This document shows positions 10,228-19,249 of a stretch of 64,000 bases of DNA, one piece after another (within the stretch, counting starts at the first letter, position 1; every line of letters starts with the position of its first letter). Source of the DNA: a virus. The stretch is taken from UHGV virus genome UHGV-1366976, one strand, 5' to 3'. The notes below the pieces were generated by a model. That model saw only the letters and a program-made list of their open reading frames with translations. It was not told where the DNA came from and did no database searches. Both the position numbers and the translations under genes were made by a program.

Positions 10228-10533
10228 ATGAAACTAAATATAAAAGAAAGATTAATGATGTTAGAGTTGCTCCCTGAAAAGGGGGCTCTCTTAACTATGA
10301 CTAATAAGAGAAATATAATTAAGAAAGTAGATTTTAGTTCTGAAGAAATTGAAACTTTTGAAATTAAACAAACAGAAAAGGGTATTACTTGGAAAAATGA
10401 AGAAAAACCTAAAGATGTTGATTTTAATAGTGAAGAATTAAAATTACTTAAAGATTCTGTTGATGAATTAGATAAAAATAATGCAATCACAGATTATCTA
10501 TTTGATTTATGTATTAAAATTAAAGAAGCATAA
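10228..10533 (+). CDS. small protein between the fibre genes (101 aa), possible fibre assembly or accessory protein
   Basis: ORF in a tight operon between two giant fibre genes. It is acidic and Lys-rich. Confidence 0.45.
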   Translation: MKLNIKERLMMLELLPEKGALLTMTNKRNIIKKVDFSSEEIETFEIKQTEKGITWKNEEKPKDVDFNSEELKLLKDSVDELDKNNAITDYLFDLCIKIKEA

Positions 10534-10535
10534 TA

Positions 10536-11030
10536 ATGAGTAAAATCAATATAGATATTTTTGATCCTGCTACTATTGCAGAATTAAGAATGAGATTTCA
10601 AACATGTCCAAGAAGGATAACTTCAGAAGACTATAAATATCTTATTGATGTTCTATCTAAAATGATTGATACTATAGAAATTGCTGCTGAAGAAATTATA
10701 AATAATAAGAATTGTTATTTTGGTATTTCAGCATCTCAAAATATATCAGATATTCATGTGTTAAATGCTCTATTAGTTAAATCATTACCTAGTACATTTG
10801 AAGAAGATATTAATGGTACTGTAGCTAATCCTTTATATGGATATCTCTATATTGTAGTTCCAAGTACATTTACATTCTCTATTACTAATAATGGTGTAAA
10901 TGTCAAAAATGAATTTACAAAGATTAGATCAGAATTAACACCTGATAAAACTACACAATTAGATGTTTATAGAACATCAGAAATTAAATATTTGGATTCT
11001 CCAAATCATTTTAACATAGTAATAAGTTAG
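10536..11030 (+). CDS. hypothetical protein (164 aa)
   Basis: ORF directly upstream of the second fibre gene. Confidence 0.45.
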   Translation: MSKINIDIFDPATIAELRMRFQTCPRRITSEDYKYLIDVLSKMIDTIEIAAEEIINNKNCYFGISASQNISDIHVLNALLVKSLPSTFEEDINGTVANPLYGYLYIVVPSTFTFSITNNGVNVKNEFTKIRSELTPDKTTQLDVYRTSEIKYLDSPNHFNIVIS

Positions 11031-11034
11031 AAAA

Positions 11035-14000
11035 ATGAGTAATATATTAACTGGTTTTAACATGCAAGGAAATGATCCTATTGATGATAGGATTGTTTCT
11101 AAAAGTAATTTGGAGACATTAGAACAATATCTTAAAAGAGTACCTGTACAGAAAAGATATTATGGTCTAACATTCTTTGCTTTAGATAAAAATAATGAGT
11201 TAAGAAAATATACTTTTCAAACCAGTTTAATAAACCCTACTATTGATGATAATGAAGAAGAGATTGAAAGAATTGATAAAGAATTACAAGAACATGTAAG
11301 TGATAAATCAATTCACAAAACAAGTGAAGAAATCAGATCTGAAATAGTAGATGCAGATATTCCTGATACAATAGCTAGAGTTCAATGGACTTTAGATCAA
11401 ATTAATACAGCAGTTATTAATCTTATTGGAGGAGCATCTGATGAATACAATACTTTAAAAAGAATTCAAACAAAAATTGAAGAGCTTAGAGCTAAAATAT
11501 ATGGAGATGATGGAGGCACAGTTCTAAAGACATTAGAACAAGCTCTTAAATTTTTAAATCAGTATAAAGATTTTATTGTAGATATTCCAGAGAATTTTGT
11601 TAATAAACAAGATATAGTGGACAATTTAACTACTGATGATCCTACTAAAGTATTGTCTGCTAAACAAGGAAAAGTATTAAGTGATACTCTTACTAATTAT
11701 TTTGAATCAGCTATGCAGTCTATCAGAACTGAAACTGATAGAGCTATTAATGCTGAAAATAGAATAGAAACTAAACTAGATAAAGAGATAGACAGGTCTA
11801 TCAAAGAAGATCAAAGAATTGATGCAAAACTTGATGCTGAGATTAAAAGGTCTACTGATGAGGATCTAAGGATTGATTCTAAATTAGATGCTGAGATAGA
11901 AAGATCTACTAATGAAGATATTAGAATAGATAATAAACTAGACTCTGAAATAAATAGATCCACAGCAGAAGATGATAGATTAGATCAAAAGATAGATGCA
12001 GAAACAACTAGAGCAACTACAGCTGAATCTAATTTAAACACTAAAATTGAAACTGAAACTGATAGAGCTGAAGGAGAAGAATCTAGAATTGAAGCAAAAT
12101 TAGATAATGAAATCACTAGATCTACAAATAAGGATACTGAACATGATAATAGACTTCAAGCATTAGAAGGACAAACTCATGAACAGAATACTGATTTAGG
12201 AACAACTAATTCTACATTTCAATTAAAATATAATACTGGTAATAAGATTAAACATGAAAGTGATGCTATCTCTGTTAGAAATGCAGCTGATACTGACTAT
12301 GTTAATTTTATTGCTAAGAATGCTACATTTAAAGGAGATCTTTTAGTAGAAGGACAATCTTTTGTTACAGAAGCAGAAACTGTAGAAATAAAAGATAATT
12401 TACTTTTATTAAACAAAGGTGAAGTAGGAGCTGGAGTTACTAAAGGAATTGCAGGATTAGAAATAGATAGAGGAACAGAACCTAACTATCAAATTATCTT
12501 TGATGAATCTGATAATAGATTTAAAGCTGGAGAAATTGGAGACATTCAATGCTTAGCTTTAAGAGATGGAGATGATAGTATGGTTAATGGAATGTTCACT
12601 ACATGGGATTCTTCTACTAAGAGATTAAAAACTACTAATATAGTTCCATCCTCATCTTTTCTTTATTTTGGAGATAATAAAACTGTTAGTTTAAATTACT
12701 CTTCAGCTAATGATGGATCATTAATAATAAATACTAATAATCAATATTTGGCAATCTTTACAGGAGATAATTACATTAATTTCAGATCTACTAGAAATAA
12801 ATTTCAATTTATTGGAGATTTATATACTACAGGAACAAAATATGCACTTACATTTAAAAGAGCATCTGATAATTCAGAAGTATTATATCATGCAGATATA
12901 GTTAATAATTTAACATCTGGTGGAACAAATAAAGTATTATCTGCTGAGCAAGGTAAATTATTACAAAATTCTATTACTAGTATACAAGGTTCTTATTTAC
13001 CACTTTCTGGTGGTACAATGACTGGATCTATCATTTTTCCCAATCGAAAGGGTATTTTTGGAACTTTGACTAATGGAACTAGTAATATCAAAATAGCAGT
13101 AGTTAATGCTAATAATAATGTTGAAATTGGAAATTCAAATACTCCATTAATGTTAGTATCCAATTCCACTGATTTAACACATTATAGAGATAATAATACT
13201 TATGAAATCTGGGATAAATTCAATCTCTCAGATCCAGCAACATCTACTGATTTAGCTAATTACTTGCCACTTATTGGAGGTACCTTAACTGGACAACTTA
13301 CAATAAAACAATCAGTAGATATTAAATTAAGATTACAGTCTACTGATGCTGATAATCATTGTATTATACAAGCTATAAATTCACAAGCCTCCCAGTTAGG
13401 GGTATTTGGATATGCAGGAGATAAGTGGGCTATTGGACATAATGGAACTTATTATGAAATCTGGGATAAATATAACCTAACTAATCCAGTAACATATACT
13501 ACAAATACATATAATCATGCAACATTAACAAATAAAGATGGACAGTATTTTACTTATATTAAAGCAGGAACTGATGGGTTATTGCCTCATTCTAAAGCTA
13601 CATTAGTTAGTGGAGGATCAGGTTCCCTTGGGACTTCAGATCAGAGTTTTAATGCTGCATATATAAACAACTTACATACCAATAAAATATCTTTTGGAGA
13701 AACTGGTCCATATATAATTGGTAGTACATCTGCTACACAGTTCTTAGATGCAAATGGAGGTGTTCAAAAAGTAGCTACTGGAGGATTATATGTAGGAGTA
13801 AGTTATGTTAGTGATGCTCTCAATTTAGTACCTACTAAGGGGATATATTCTACAGGAGTTATTAAATCAGCTGCTGGATTTACTAGTAATTTTAGACAGA
13901 CAAATCTAAACTTAGCAAAAACTGGCAATGATGTTTTATATATATCATCATTTGTAGGAGATTCAACAGGTTCTCCAGGAATTGATTCTAATACAGGTAG

Positions 14001-16029
14001 GACCATTAATGATGGAATGTTTTTAACTTATTTCTGGCAAAATGATCATGCTTTTCAATTGGCTGCAGATATTGATGGTACAGGAATAGCTTATAGACAT
14101 TATATACCTTCTACAGGAAATAGTACTACTGGTTGGAAATTTTTAGCTGATACTAATTGGGTTGTATCAAAGATTAATAGTAGTACAAGTAATTATCTTC
14201 CATTAACAGGTGGAAAATTATCTGGACAATTAACAGTAGAATATGCAGGTTCCACTTCTCTTATTGTTAATAATAGTTATACTAATGGTGTTGATAGTAT
14301 CTTAAATTTTAGAGTAAAGGGTGTAAATAAGACATTAGTAGGATATTCAAATGGTAATGGTCCTTTTATTCAAGATGCATCTAATAATAGATGTATTATG
14401 GTAAAATCAGATGGAGCTTATTTTGGTACAGGATTAGGTGCAGGAACAAAATTAGCTTTAATTACTGATATTCCATCTGTATCTGGATATGCCACTCAGT
14501 CTTGGGTTAATACTCAATTAGGTAGTTATATAGCTAAATCAGGTTCTACCATGACAGGTGCTCTAACTATGGACAACAGAAGAGAAAATGTTGTAGTTGA
14601 TGTAGTTGCAGGAATAGGAAATAATTGGAATGAAGGTGCTGGAGCATTAAGTGTTCAAATACCTAATGATAATGGTCAAACTCCTTTATTATTAGCCAGA
14701 AGATCTGGTGCAGCTATAAATACTACTACTGCAGCAGAAAGACTATTTAGTATGGAACTTGCAGATAAGAGTACTGTTTTTAAAGTGGGAATGTCTGGAG
14801 TAAATGCTCTAGAATTAGAGGTAACTTCTTTTACAAATAAAGTAGGAATAGGTAAATTATTTGGTAAACAAATAGCTACAACAGATCAAATACCATCTAT
14901 ACCAAGTATCTCTATATCTAATAGTGGTTCTGGTAATGCTGTAACTGCAATATCATCTAGTGGTCATACATTAACTGTTACTAAAGGAGCTACATATTTA
15001 ACATCTAGTTCTTTAGATGGATATGCAACACAGAGTTGGGCATCAGGACAATTCCCTACTAAAACAGGAACAGGTGCTAGTGGAACTTGGGGTATTAGTA
15101 TTTCAGGAAATGCAACAACTGCTACTACAGCATCTAAATTAGGCTCTACTACAATAGGAGGATCAGCTAAACCTATATATTTAAGTTCTGGTACTGCAAC
15201 TGCTTGTTCTGCAACAGTAGGTTCTACTACAGTTCCAGTATACATGAATGCAGGAACAATCACTCAATGTTCTACTACTTTAGGAGTCTCTATTACTGGT
15301 AATGCTGCTACTGCTACTAATTCAACTCAATTAGGAGGAATAGCTGCTAGTTCTTATGTAAAAGCTAATGATAATATTAGTAGATTAACTAATGATAGTG
15401 GTTATACTACACAAGAATGGGTAAATGGACAAGGATTTCTAACTTCAGATAGTATATTAGATAAATTTGTACCAACTACAGGAGGATATATAAGAAATAG
15501 TGACCAAGTTTTATTAAGACTACAAAGAACAGGAGTTTCTACAGGTACTAGCAGGACTATAGAGATGTACTTTGATGATTCTAATACTGATGGAACAAGT
15601 ACAACTCCTAGAGGATCAATAGGATATAATTCTGAAGTAGGAATGTTTTTATATTCAGCTGCATCAGAAAAATTTCTAGCAATGGAATATACTGGAAGAC
15701 CTTTCTATGGAACTCCTGAAAATAGATATTATTTATTAGGCTCTAATACACAATATCATAATTTAGATGGATATCAAAGAATTGGAGATATAATGATACA
15801 ATGGGGATATTTCACAGTTCAAGGAAATTCAACAAGAGCAGTAAATTTTCCAGTTTCATTTACTAATACTGTCTGGTCAGTGACTGGATCCTGGGATAAT
15901 GCTGGTACTGGTAATCAAGAAAACTGGGGATTTGATAACTATACAAGTTCTGGATTTACAATAATCAATGGAGATGGAGATAGTAGAGTTTTTCATTATA
16001 TAGCAATAGGGCCTTTTACTAGAAGTTAG
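11035..16029 (+). CDS. giant tail fibre protein with an N-terminal coiled-coil repeat array (1664 aa)
   Basis: About seven tandem 18-aa repeats (D-x-K-L-D-A-E-I-x-R-S-T-x-E-D-x-R-I). The fibre motif DNLTTDDPTKVLSAKQGKVLSD recurs as NNLTSGGTNKVLSAEQGKLLQN, and again in the next gene as DNLTSTDTDKALSANMGKYLQD. The remainder is Gly, Ser, Thr and Asn-rich beta-type fibre sequence. Confidence 0.75.
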   Translation: MSNILTGFNMQGNDPIDDRIVSKSNLETLEQYLKRVPVQKRYYGLTFFALDKNNELRKYTFQTSLINPTIDDNEEEIERIDKELQEHVSDKSIHKTSEEIRSEIVDADIPDTIARVQWTLDQINTAVINLIGGASDEYNTLKRIQTKIEELRAKIYGDDGGTVLKTLEQALKFLNQYKDFIVDIPENFVNKQDIVDNLTTDDPTKVLSAKQGKVLSDTLTNYFESAMQSIRTETDRAINAENRIETKLDKEIDRSIKEDQRIDAKLDAEIKRSTDEDLRIDSKLDAEIERSTNEDIRIDNKLDSEINRSTAEDDRLDQKIDAETTRATTAESNLNTKIETETDRAEGEESRIEAKLDNEITRSTNKDTEHDNRLQALEGQTHEQNTDLGTTNSTFQLKYNTGNKIKHESDAISVRNAADTDYVNFIAKNATFKGDLLVEGQSFVTEAETVEIKDNLLLLNKGEVGAGVTKGIAGLEIDRGTEPNYQIIFDESDNRFKAGEIGDIQCLALRDGDDSMVNGMFTTWDSSTKRLKTTNIVPSSSFLYFGDNKTVSLNYSSANDGSLIINTNNQYLAIFTGDNYINFRSTRNKFQFIGDLYTTGTKYALTFKRASDNSEVLYHADIVNNLTSGGTNKVLSAEQGKLLQNSITSIQGSYLPLSGGTMTGSIIFPNRKGIFGTLTNGTSNIKIAVVNANNNVEIGNSNTPLMLVSNSTDLTHYRDNNTYEIWDKFNLSDPATSTDLANYLPLIGGTLTGQLTIKQSVDIKLRLQSTDADNHCIIQAINSQASQLGVFGYAGDKWAIGHNGTYYEIWDKYNLTNPVTYTTNTYNHATLTNKDGQYFTYIKAGTDGLLPHSKATLVSGGSGSLGTSDQSFNAAYINNLHTNKISFGETGPYIIGSTSATQFLDANGGVQKVATGGLYVGVSYVSDALNLVPTKGIYSTGVIKSAAGFTSNFRQTNLNLAKTGNDVLYISSFVGDSTGSPGIDSNTGRTINDGMFLTYFWQNDHAFQLAADIDGTGIAYRHYIPSTGNSTTGWKFLADTNWVVSKINSSTSNYLPLTGGKLSGQLTVEYAGSTSLIVNNSYTNGVDSILNFRVKGVNKTLVGYSNGNGPFIQDASNNRCIMVKSDGAYFGTGLGAGTKLALITDIPSVSGYATQSWVNTQLGSYIAKSGSTMTGALTMDNRRENVVVDVVAGIGNNWNEGAGALSVQIPNDNGQTPLLLARRSGAAINTTTAAERLFSMELADKSTVFKVGMSGVNALELEVTSFTNKVGIGKLFGKQIATTDQIPSIPSISISNSGSGNAVTAISSSGHTLTVTKGATYLTSSSLDGYATQSWASGQFPTKTGTGASGTWGISISGNATTATTASKLGSTTIGGSAKPIYLSSGTATACSATVGSTTVPVYMNAGTITQCSTTLGVSITGNAATATNSTQLGGIAASSYVKANDNISRLTNDSGYTTQEWVNGQGFLTSDSILDKFVPTTGGYIRNSDQVLLRLQRTGVSTGTSRTIEMYFDDSNTDGTSTTPRGSIGYNSEVGMFLYSAASEKFLAMEYTGRPFYGTPENRYYLLGSNTQYHNLDGYQRIGDIMIQWGYFTVQGNSTRAVNFPVSFTNTVWSVTGSWDNAGTGNQENWGFDNYTSSGFTIINGDGDSRVFHYIAIGPFTRS
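11766..12150 (+). repeat. 54-nt (18-aa) tandem repeat array, about 7 copies, inside the 1664-aa fibre gene
   Basis: Translation reads KLDKEIDRSIKEDQRI / DAKLDAEIKRSTDEDLRI / DSKLDAEIERSTNEDIRI / DNKLDSEINRSTAEDDRL / DQKIDAETTRATTAESNL / NTKIETETDRAEGEESRI / EAKLDNEITRSTNKDTEH. Confidence 0.7.
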
Positions 16030-16051
16030 GATCAATTAAAATAAAATTTAA

Positions 16052-16963
16052 GTGATGGTAATATATAATACAAAAGAAGAAGCTAAGGCAGTTCTAAGAA
16101 ATAAAGAATTGCCTTTTGGAGCTTCTATAATTTTAAATACTAAAGATGGAGATTTATTAGGTGTTCAAGGTAAATCTAAGATAAAATTTTTAGATATGAA
16201 CACTTTACCTCCTACAAATGGAAAATCTAACCAAGTTCTTAAACTGGATGAAAATGGTAATGTAGTTTGGGCTGCTGATGATATGAGAGATATTGTAGAT
16301 AATCTTACTAGTACTGATACAGATAAAGCTCTTAGTGCTAATATGGGTAAATATCTACAAGATAATAAATTAGATTATGGCCCTATAGCAGAAATAAGTT
16401 TAATAACAGGACATACTTACAAAATTATAAATAATAAATTATGTGTAGAAGTAGTTTATAGAAATTATTCTAAAAATAATAATACTTTTGAAAAAAAGAC
16501 CACAAATGATATTATTCCTATTGCTTCTAGTACTTCTACAGGAGTTTTGAGTGTAGATCATTATAATCTATTGGCTAATATTGTAACTAATGCTAGTACT
16601 TTACAAAATGGAATAATTCACAAACTAATAGATTTTACTTACTTAGAAAATTCTATTAGACATAATTGTTCTGTTCTTTATAAAGAAGGATCAATTTGGA
16701 AAACATCTGCACAATATCATACTATTAATGCAGCAACTACAACTAAAGCAGGAGTTATGTCTGCAGCAGATAAAGTTAAACTAGAGAACACTGTTAGTGC
16801 AACAACTACTGCTACTCCAGATACTTTAGGATTAGTTAAACAAGCTGCTGATCTAACAGATTTACAAGCTGATACTGATCTAGAAGGTGTTAAAGCTCAA
16901 TTTAACCAATTATTGGCTAATTTAAGAGCTGCTGGTATAATGTATCAAACTCCTCAACCTTAA
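16052..16963 (+). CDS. short tail-fibre-like protein sharing the LSAxxGK fibre motif (303 aa)
   Basis: DNLTSTDTDKALSANMGKYLQD matches the two copies of this motif in the preceding giant gene. Thr/Ala-rich C-terminus. Confidence 0.55.
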   Translation: MMVIYNTKEEAKAVLRNKELPFGASIILNTKDGDLLGVQGKSKIKFLDMNTLPPTNGKSNQVLKLDENGNVVWAADDMRDIVDNLTSTDTDKALSANMGKYLQDNKLDYGPIAEISLITGHTYKIINNKLCVEVVYRNYSKNNNTFEKKTTNDIIPIASSTSTGVLSVDHYNLLANIVTNASTLQNGIIHKLIDFTYLENSIRHNCSVLYKEGSIWKTSAQYHTINAATTTKAGVMSAADKVKLENTVSATTTATPDTLGLVKQAADLTDLQADTDLEGVKAQFNQLLANLRAAGIMYQTPQP

Positions 16964-16965
16964 TT

Positions 16966-17418
16966 ATGAGTAAAGTATTTTATAATAGTAAATTAGCTAA
17001 AACAATCTTATTTAAAGGATATAATACAATTATGTTATTTGGCTATATTTTTACAAAGAAAGAAAGTTTAATGCCATCATCTTTAAGACATGAATTAATT
17101 CACTGTGAACAATATAAAGAATGTATTATAGCTTTCTTAATTCCATTTGCTATATTATGTATATTTTATAGTTGGTGGTGGTTACCTGTCTATTTTTTAA
17201 TGTATTATATTATATATGGAGTAGAATATTTAATATCTTTGATATATAATATATTTAAAACATTAATTAAAAAAGAAAAATTTGATATATCAGAAATTAA
17301 TCATAAAGCATATAAAGCATCTGCCTTTGAAATAGAAGCAGATAAAAATGAAGAAATAGAGGACTATTTAGATCATAGAAAAGGCTTTGCTTTTATAAAA
17401 TATTATGGAAAGCTATAA
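16966..17418 (+). CDS. small membrane protein with a zincin HExxH motif (150 aa)
   Basis: LRHELIHCEQ is an HExxH motif. It is followed by two strongly hydrophobic, probably transmembrane, segments (FLIPFAILCIFYSWWWLPVYFLMYYIIYGV) and a downstream EIEAD that could supply a third ligand. Confidence 0.5.
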   Translation: MSKVFYNSKLAKTILFKGYNTIMLFGYIFTKKESLMPSSLRHELIHCEQYKECIIAFLIPFAILCIFYSWWWLPVYFLMYYIIYGVEYLISLIYNIFKTLIKKEKFDISEINHKAYKASAFEIEADKNEEIEDYLDHRKGFAFIKYYGKL

Positions 17419-17454
17419 AGAATAGCTATAGTAAATTGTATAGTTTTTAAAAAT

Positions 17455-17488
17455 TTTGAATATTTCTCATCTAAACTTAGTATCTTTG
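17455..17488 (+). promoter_or_regulatory. Bacteroidetes-type sigma-A promoter: -33 TTTG (17455-17458), 22-nt spacer, -7 TATCTTTG (17481-17488)
   Basis: It matches the Bacteroides TTTG/TAnnTTTG promoter consensus exactly. Three more copies with identical -7 octamers lie at 21709-21740, 31487-31518 and on the minus strand at 56213-56244. Confidence 0.6.
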
Positions 17489-17549
17489 TATTGGAATTAA
17501 TTGGCCAATATTCCAATATAAACTAACTAACAACTTAAATTTTAAAACA

Positions 17550-17607
17550 ATGGCAAGAAGTTTAGATGATGCTGCTTCTAAGGGAGTAGCTGGTGCAGGT
17601 CTTGGAT
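17550..17607 (+). CDS. exon 1 of an intron-split gene for a small glycine-zipper membrane protein (MARSLDDAASKGVAGAGLG...)
   Basis: The ATG at 17550 lies 62 nt downstream of the promoter -7 box. The unspliced reading frame hits TAG at 17616. An in-phase splice after T17607 to 17881 restores a continuous Gly/Ala/Leu-rich frame. Confidence 0.4.
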
Positions 17608-17880
17608 TGACATACTAGTCCCATATAATAGAAATATTATATGCAAATCCCTTGAATTGCTGGAAAGTCCTAATATTTAGGATAATCAGCAGCCAAGCTT
17701 TATATTAATATAAAGAAGGTTCAGAGACTATCTAGAAATAGAGTACATCACAAGCTAATGGTGATGGAAGTAGGGGACATCTGAAAAGATGATGATATAG
17801 TCCAAACTACATGTATATATAAAGATGTAGAAGTTCATTAGAGAACTGTATAGAGCTTGCAACTCTATATGAATAAATTG
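17608..17880 (+). mobile_element. ORF-less group I intron of about 273 nt. P AATTGCTGGAAAG is at 17655-17667, Q AATCAGCAGCC at about 17685-17695, R GTTCAGAGACTA at about 17721-17732 and S GATATAGTCC at about 17794-17803.
   Basis: All four conserved core elements are present in canonical order, and the P-box lies 47 nt from the proposed 5' splice site, as in the other two introns. The frames of the flanking exons are compatible. No ORF lies inside. Confidence 0.55.
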
Positions 17881-18407
17881 TAGGTATAGCAGGTACAGCT
17901 CTAGGTTTGTGGGCATTAGTAAAAAATGGTGGTAATCTTTTAGGTGGTATTGGTGGTGGAGAAACTATTATAGCTAATAACACTTTAGGATATGGTGCTG
18001 CTGGTGTAAGTGGATTTGGATATACTCCTTCTGAAGTATACATGTCTGCTAAACAATGTGAAGATAATGTTGCATTGACTAGAGCAATCTATGATACTAG
18101 AATCAAAGATTTGCAAGAGAAAACTGGTATTTATAATTATTTCAATGACAAGTTCTGTCAAGTTGAAAAACAGGTTGCTGCTTTAGAGCAAGCTAAACCT
18201 TATGAGCAAAAGATTTTGGAATTGCAGTTCCAATTGGCTCAAAACCATTCAGATAGATATACTGATAAGAAAACTTGTGGTGTAATCTATGGAGTAAATG
18301 TATTGCCTGAGACTCCAGTAGTAACAGGTTATGAAGGAGCTAATGGTCCTTGGGGATCATGTGGTTGCCCTAGAGTAGCTGCTTCTTCTAGTACTCCTGC
18401 TGCATAA
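17881..18407 (+). CDS. exon 2 of the glycine-zipper membrane protein. The spliced product is about 194 aa: an N-terminal GxxxG-type hydrophobic helix and a C-terminal Cys-containing domain.
   Basis: The ORF-track entry 17907-18407 begins at a TTG, but the frame is open back to 17883 (…IVGIAGTALGLWALVKNGGNLLGGIGGGE…). The C-terminal part has 5 Cys, including a CGCP motif. A terminator follows. Confidence 0.5.
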
Positions 18408-18413
18408 TTAATT

Positions 18414-18438
18414 GGGGAGATTAAGTTCTCCCCTTTTT
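18414..18438 (+). terminator. rho-independent terminator GGGGAGA-TTAAGT-TCTCCCC followed by TTTTT
   Basis: A 7-bp GC stem and a T-run lie 7 nt after the stop at 18407. Confidence 0.7.
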
Positions 18439-18452
18439 AATCTTATATTACT

Positions 18453-18866
18453 ATGAAAAATATTGCAGAACAATTAGCAGAACAAGCTCAATTAGCACAA
18501 GAAAAATTAGGACAATTAACTAATAATAATATTCAGAAATTGCCTAAATCAGTATCTGAAGAAATCTTAGTAGAATTATCTAGTGTTTCTGAATCAGATA
18601 TGTTGACTATGAATTCAATACCTGAATTTATAGAAGCTAATAATCTCTATAATCAGCATTTTCAATTGTTTCTTCTTAATAAGTTTAAAGAAGAATTTAG
18701 CTCTACTAGAGAAGGTAGAATAATTTCTGAAAACTTATTAAAAGTGATAAAAGATTGTAAATCTAAAGCAGTTGAAATTAATAAGCAAAAATTAGAAGAT
18801 TTAGAAGAGTATAGAAAACATCAATTTGAATTTGAACAATGGTTAAAAGAAAGGAATAAATTATGA
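18453..18866 (+). CDS. hypothetical coiled-coil protein (137 aa)
   Basis: First of three translationally coupled small ORFs (ATGA overlaps) that lie between two terminators. Confidence 0.5.
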   Translation: MKNIAEQLAEQAQLAQEKLGQLTNNNIQKLPKSVSEEILVELSSVSESDMLTMNSIPEFIEANNLYNQHFQLFLLNKFKEEFSSTREGRIISENLLKVIKDCKSKAVEINKQKLEDLEEYRKHQFEFEQWLKERNKL

Positions 18867-19249
18867 TATCAGATGTAGAAATTTTTAAACAAGTAGCTCC
18901 TAGATGGATTAAGAATATTATAATTCAACTAACAGGAAACAGTTTTGGTACTAAACTAATGCTTCCTATAGTAGATGAAATAGTTGAAAACAAAATAGGT
19001 TCTTTTGTTAGTTTACTAGCAGATTCTGAAGGCAATCTACACTTTGATAGACTGTTAGATAAATATCTCAAATTAATTGATGAAACAGGAGGATTTAAAT
19101 TTAAACTTGGAGATCTTCCTAATGTTCCTAAAGGTTTAGCTAGTTTGATTAGTAATAAAACATATGAGATTGAAAGATCTGATCTAGAATCTCTAAAAAC
19201 CTTATTTAATAATGCTAAAAATGAACAAGTTAAAACAGATCAGTTATGA
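18863..19249 (+). CDS. hypothetical protein (128 aa)
   Basis: Its start overlaps the upstream stop. Confidence 0.5.
   Translation: MISDVEIFKQVAPRWIKNIIIQLTGNSFGTKLMLPIVDEIVENKIGSFVSLLADSEGNLHFDRLLDKYLKLIDETGGFKFKLGDLPNVPKGLASLISNKTYEIERSDLESLKTLFNNAKNEQVKTDQL

Noticed and set aside
10185-10490. minus-strand 101-aa ORF overlapping the 10228-10533 gene
   Set aside because: It lies antisense to a + strand ORF that fits the operon organisation. Its translation is hydrophobic and low in complexity.
13803-15263. minus-strand ORFs 13803-14006 and 14964-15263 inside the 1664-aa fibre gene
   Set aside because: They are antisense inside a long ORF, with no start context and no motifs.
17807-18043. 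minus-strand 78-aa Pro-rich ORF overlapping the intron/exon 2 boundary
   Set aside because: It is antisense to the Gly-rich exon (GGN codons read as Pro on the other strand), so it is a mirror artefact.
17907-18407. ORF-track start (TTG read as M) for the Gly-rich protein
   Set aside because: The frame is open further upstream to 17883. Together with the upstream mini-ORF and the intervening group I core, a spliced gene starting at ATG 17550 is a better model.
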